A stretch of 64,000 bases of DNA from an uncultured Gemmatimonadales bacterium (GTDB taxonomy: Bacteria > Gemmatimonadota > Gemmatimonadetes > Longimicrobiales > RSA9), in the NCBI GenBank assembly GCA_963798085.1, contig CAWCRS010000007.1, positions 1,696,001-1,760,000 on the forward strand, in the 5' to 3' direction. The notes beneath the pieces were generated by a model. That model had not been told where the DNA came from, made no database searches, and worked only from the letters and a program-made list of their open reading frames with translations. Of this stretch, positions 63,245-64,000 are shown one piece after another. Position numbers and translations under genes: made by a program. Position 1 is the stretch's first letter, and each line of letters opens with the position of its first letter.

Positions 63245-64000
63245 TCAGCGTATGCGACGGGGATGGACCTCGGCGATCCCGTCGCGCGTCCATTTCGGCG
63301 CGTTCCTGTCGTCAGCCACGCCGAGTCCGAGCCAGAAGGCCAGGCGCGCGATGCGCGCGGCCTTGTCCCCGTTGATCTTGTCCACTTCGTCCGATGGGCG
63401 ATGGTAGTCTGCGTGTACACCGGAAAAGAAGAAGAGGGCCGGGATGCCGGCGCGCGCGAAGTTGTAGTGATCGCTGCGGAAGAAGAAGCGTTCGTCTGGC
63501 CACGGGTCATCGATCACGGCGAGGCCCAGCTCGGGATGCGTACCCGCCGTCTGCAGCACGCGTGAACCCATGTCGGAATAGCGCATGCCGATGGCAACCA
63601 CGGTATCCGGTGCGTTGCGGCCGATCATGTCGATGTTGATGTCGGCGACGATGCGATCCATGGGAATCCGTCCGTGCTCGACGAATGCCTGTGAACCGAA
63701 CAGTCCGATCTCTTCGCCGCTCACCGTGAGGAAGATGATGGAGCGCGCGGGTCGTGCGGGAAGCGACGCGAACGCCTGCGCCAGTTCGAGCACGGCCGAC
63801 GTACCCGATGCATTGTCGTCCGCGCCATTGTAGATGCTGTCGCCGCGCGTATCCGGTGCGCCCACGCCCACGTGGTCCATGTGCGCGCCAAACACGACGT
63901 ACGTGTCACGCAGCCGCGCATCCGAGCCGCGCAGGATGCCCACCACATTAGGTGCGCGCCCGCGTCCCGGCGCGCCGGTGACGGCATACCACTGCAGGTA
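63245..64000 (-). CDS. M28 family metallopeptidase (5' end beyond the window)
   Basis: GAHMDH, NGADDNASG, GEEIGLFGS, NIDMIG, RSDH, DYH. Confidence 0.92.
   Translation of the reverse strand, partial: YLQWYAVTGAPGRGRAPNVVGILRGSDARLRDTYVVFGAHMDHVGVGAPDTRGDSIYNGADDNASGTSAVLELAQAFASLPARPARSIIFLTVSGEEIGLFGSQAFVEHGRIPMDRIVADINIDMIGRNAPDTVVAIGMRYSDMGSRVLQTAGTHPELGLAVIDDPWPDERFFFRSDHYNFARAGIPALFFFSGVHADYHRPSDEVDKINGDKAARIARLAFWLGLGVADDRNAPKWTRDGIAEVHPRRIR

Overview
A high-GC bacterial chromosome segment densely packed with housekeeping genes: about 68 CDS, 66 of them on the minus strand (only dcd and rnhA are on plus). Gene style and order suggest Gemmatimonadota (inference; no search was run). From left to right it carries: fabG-fabD-fabH-plsX-rpmF-yceD; ndk, a PTS-EIIA+CBS fusion, sucDC and carbamate kinase; a UPF0182 membrane protein; PMM/PGM; a complete nuoA-N operon; dcd; sdhBAC; mdh; moaAED; an ECF sigma/zf-HC2 anti-sigma/Spy-like triad; HU; carA; rnhA; lipB with 2-oxoacid dehydrogenase E2/E1b/E1a; secG-tpiA-pgk-(Zn-ribbon)-gap; comF-aroE-LMW phosphatase-tsaC-ispD-dnaB-udg-coaBC-rpoZ-gmk-yicC; a plug/beta-barrel outer-membrane protein; pepA; icd; gltA; a lipoprotein; and an M28 peptidase. 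About 20 genes, including essential ones, carry frameshifts that most likely reflect long-read consensus errors, so their boundaries are approximate. I saw no rRNA, tRNA, CRISPR array, integrase or transposase. The most interesting signals are: (1) a ~290-nt multi-hairpin candidate ncRNA with its own sigma70 promoter between lipB and rnhA; (2) a ~370-bp inverted-repeat element with a structured core between dcd and sdhB; (3) an arcC-sucCD-[EIIA-CBS]-ndk cluster of phosphohistidine and substrate-level phosphorylation proteins; (4) a Rex-like operator in the nuo leader; (5) sigma54-like promoters on two orphan genes; (6) several apparently leaderless genes; and (7) D-(S/T)-hydrophobic repeats in exported proteins.
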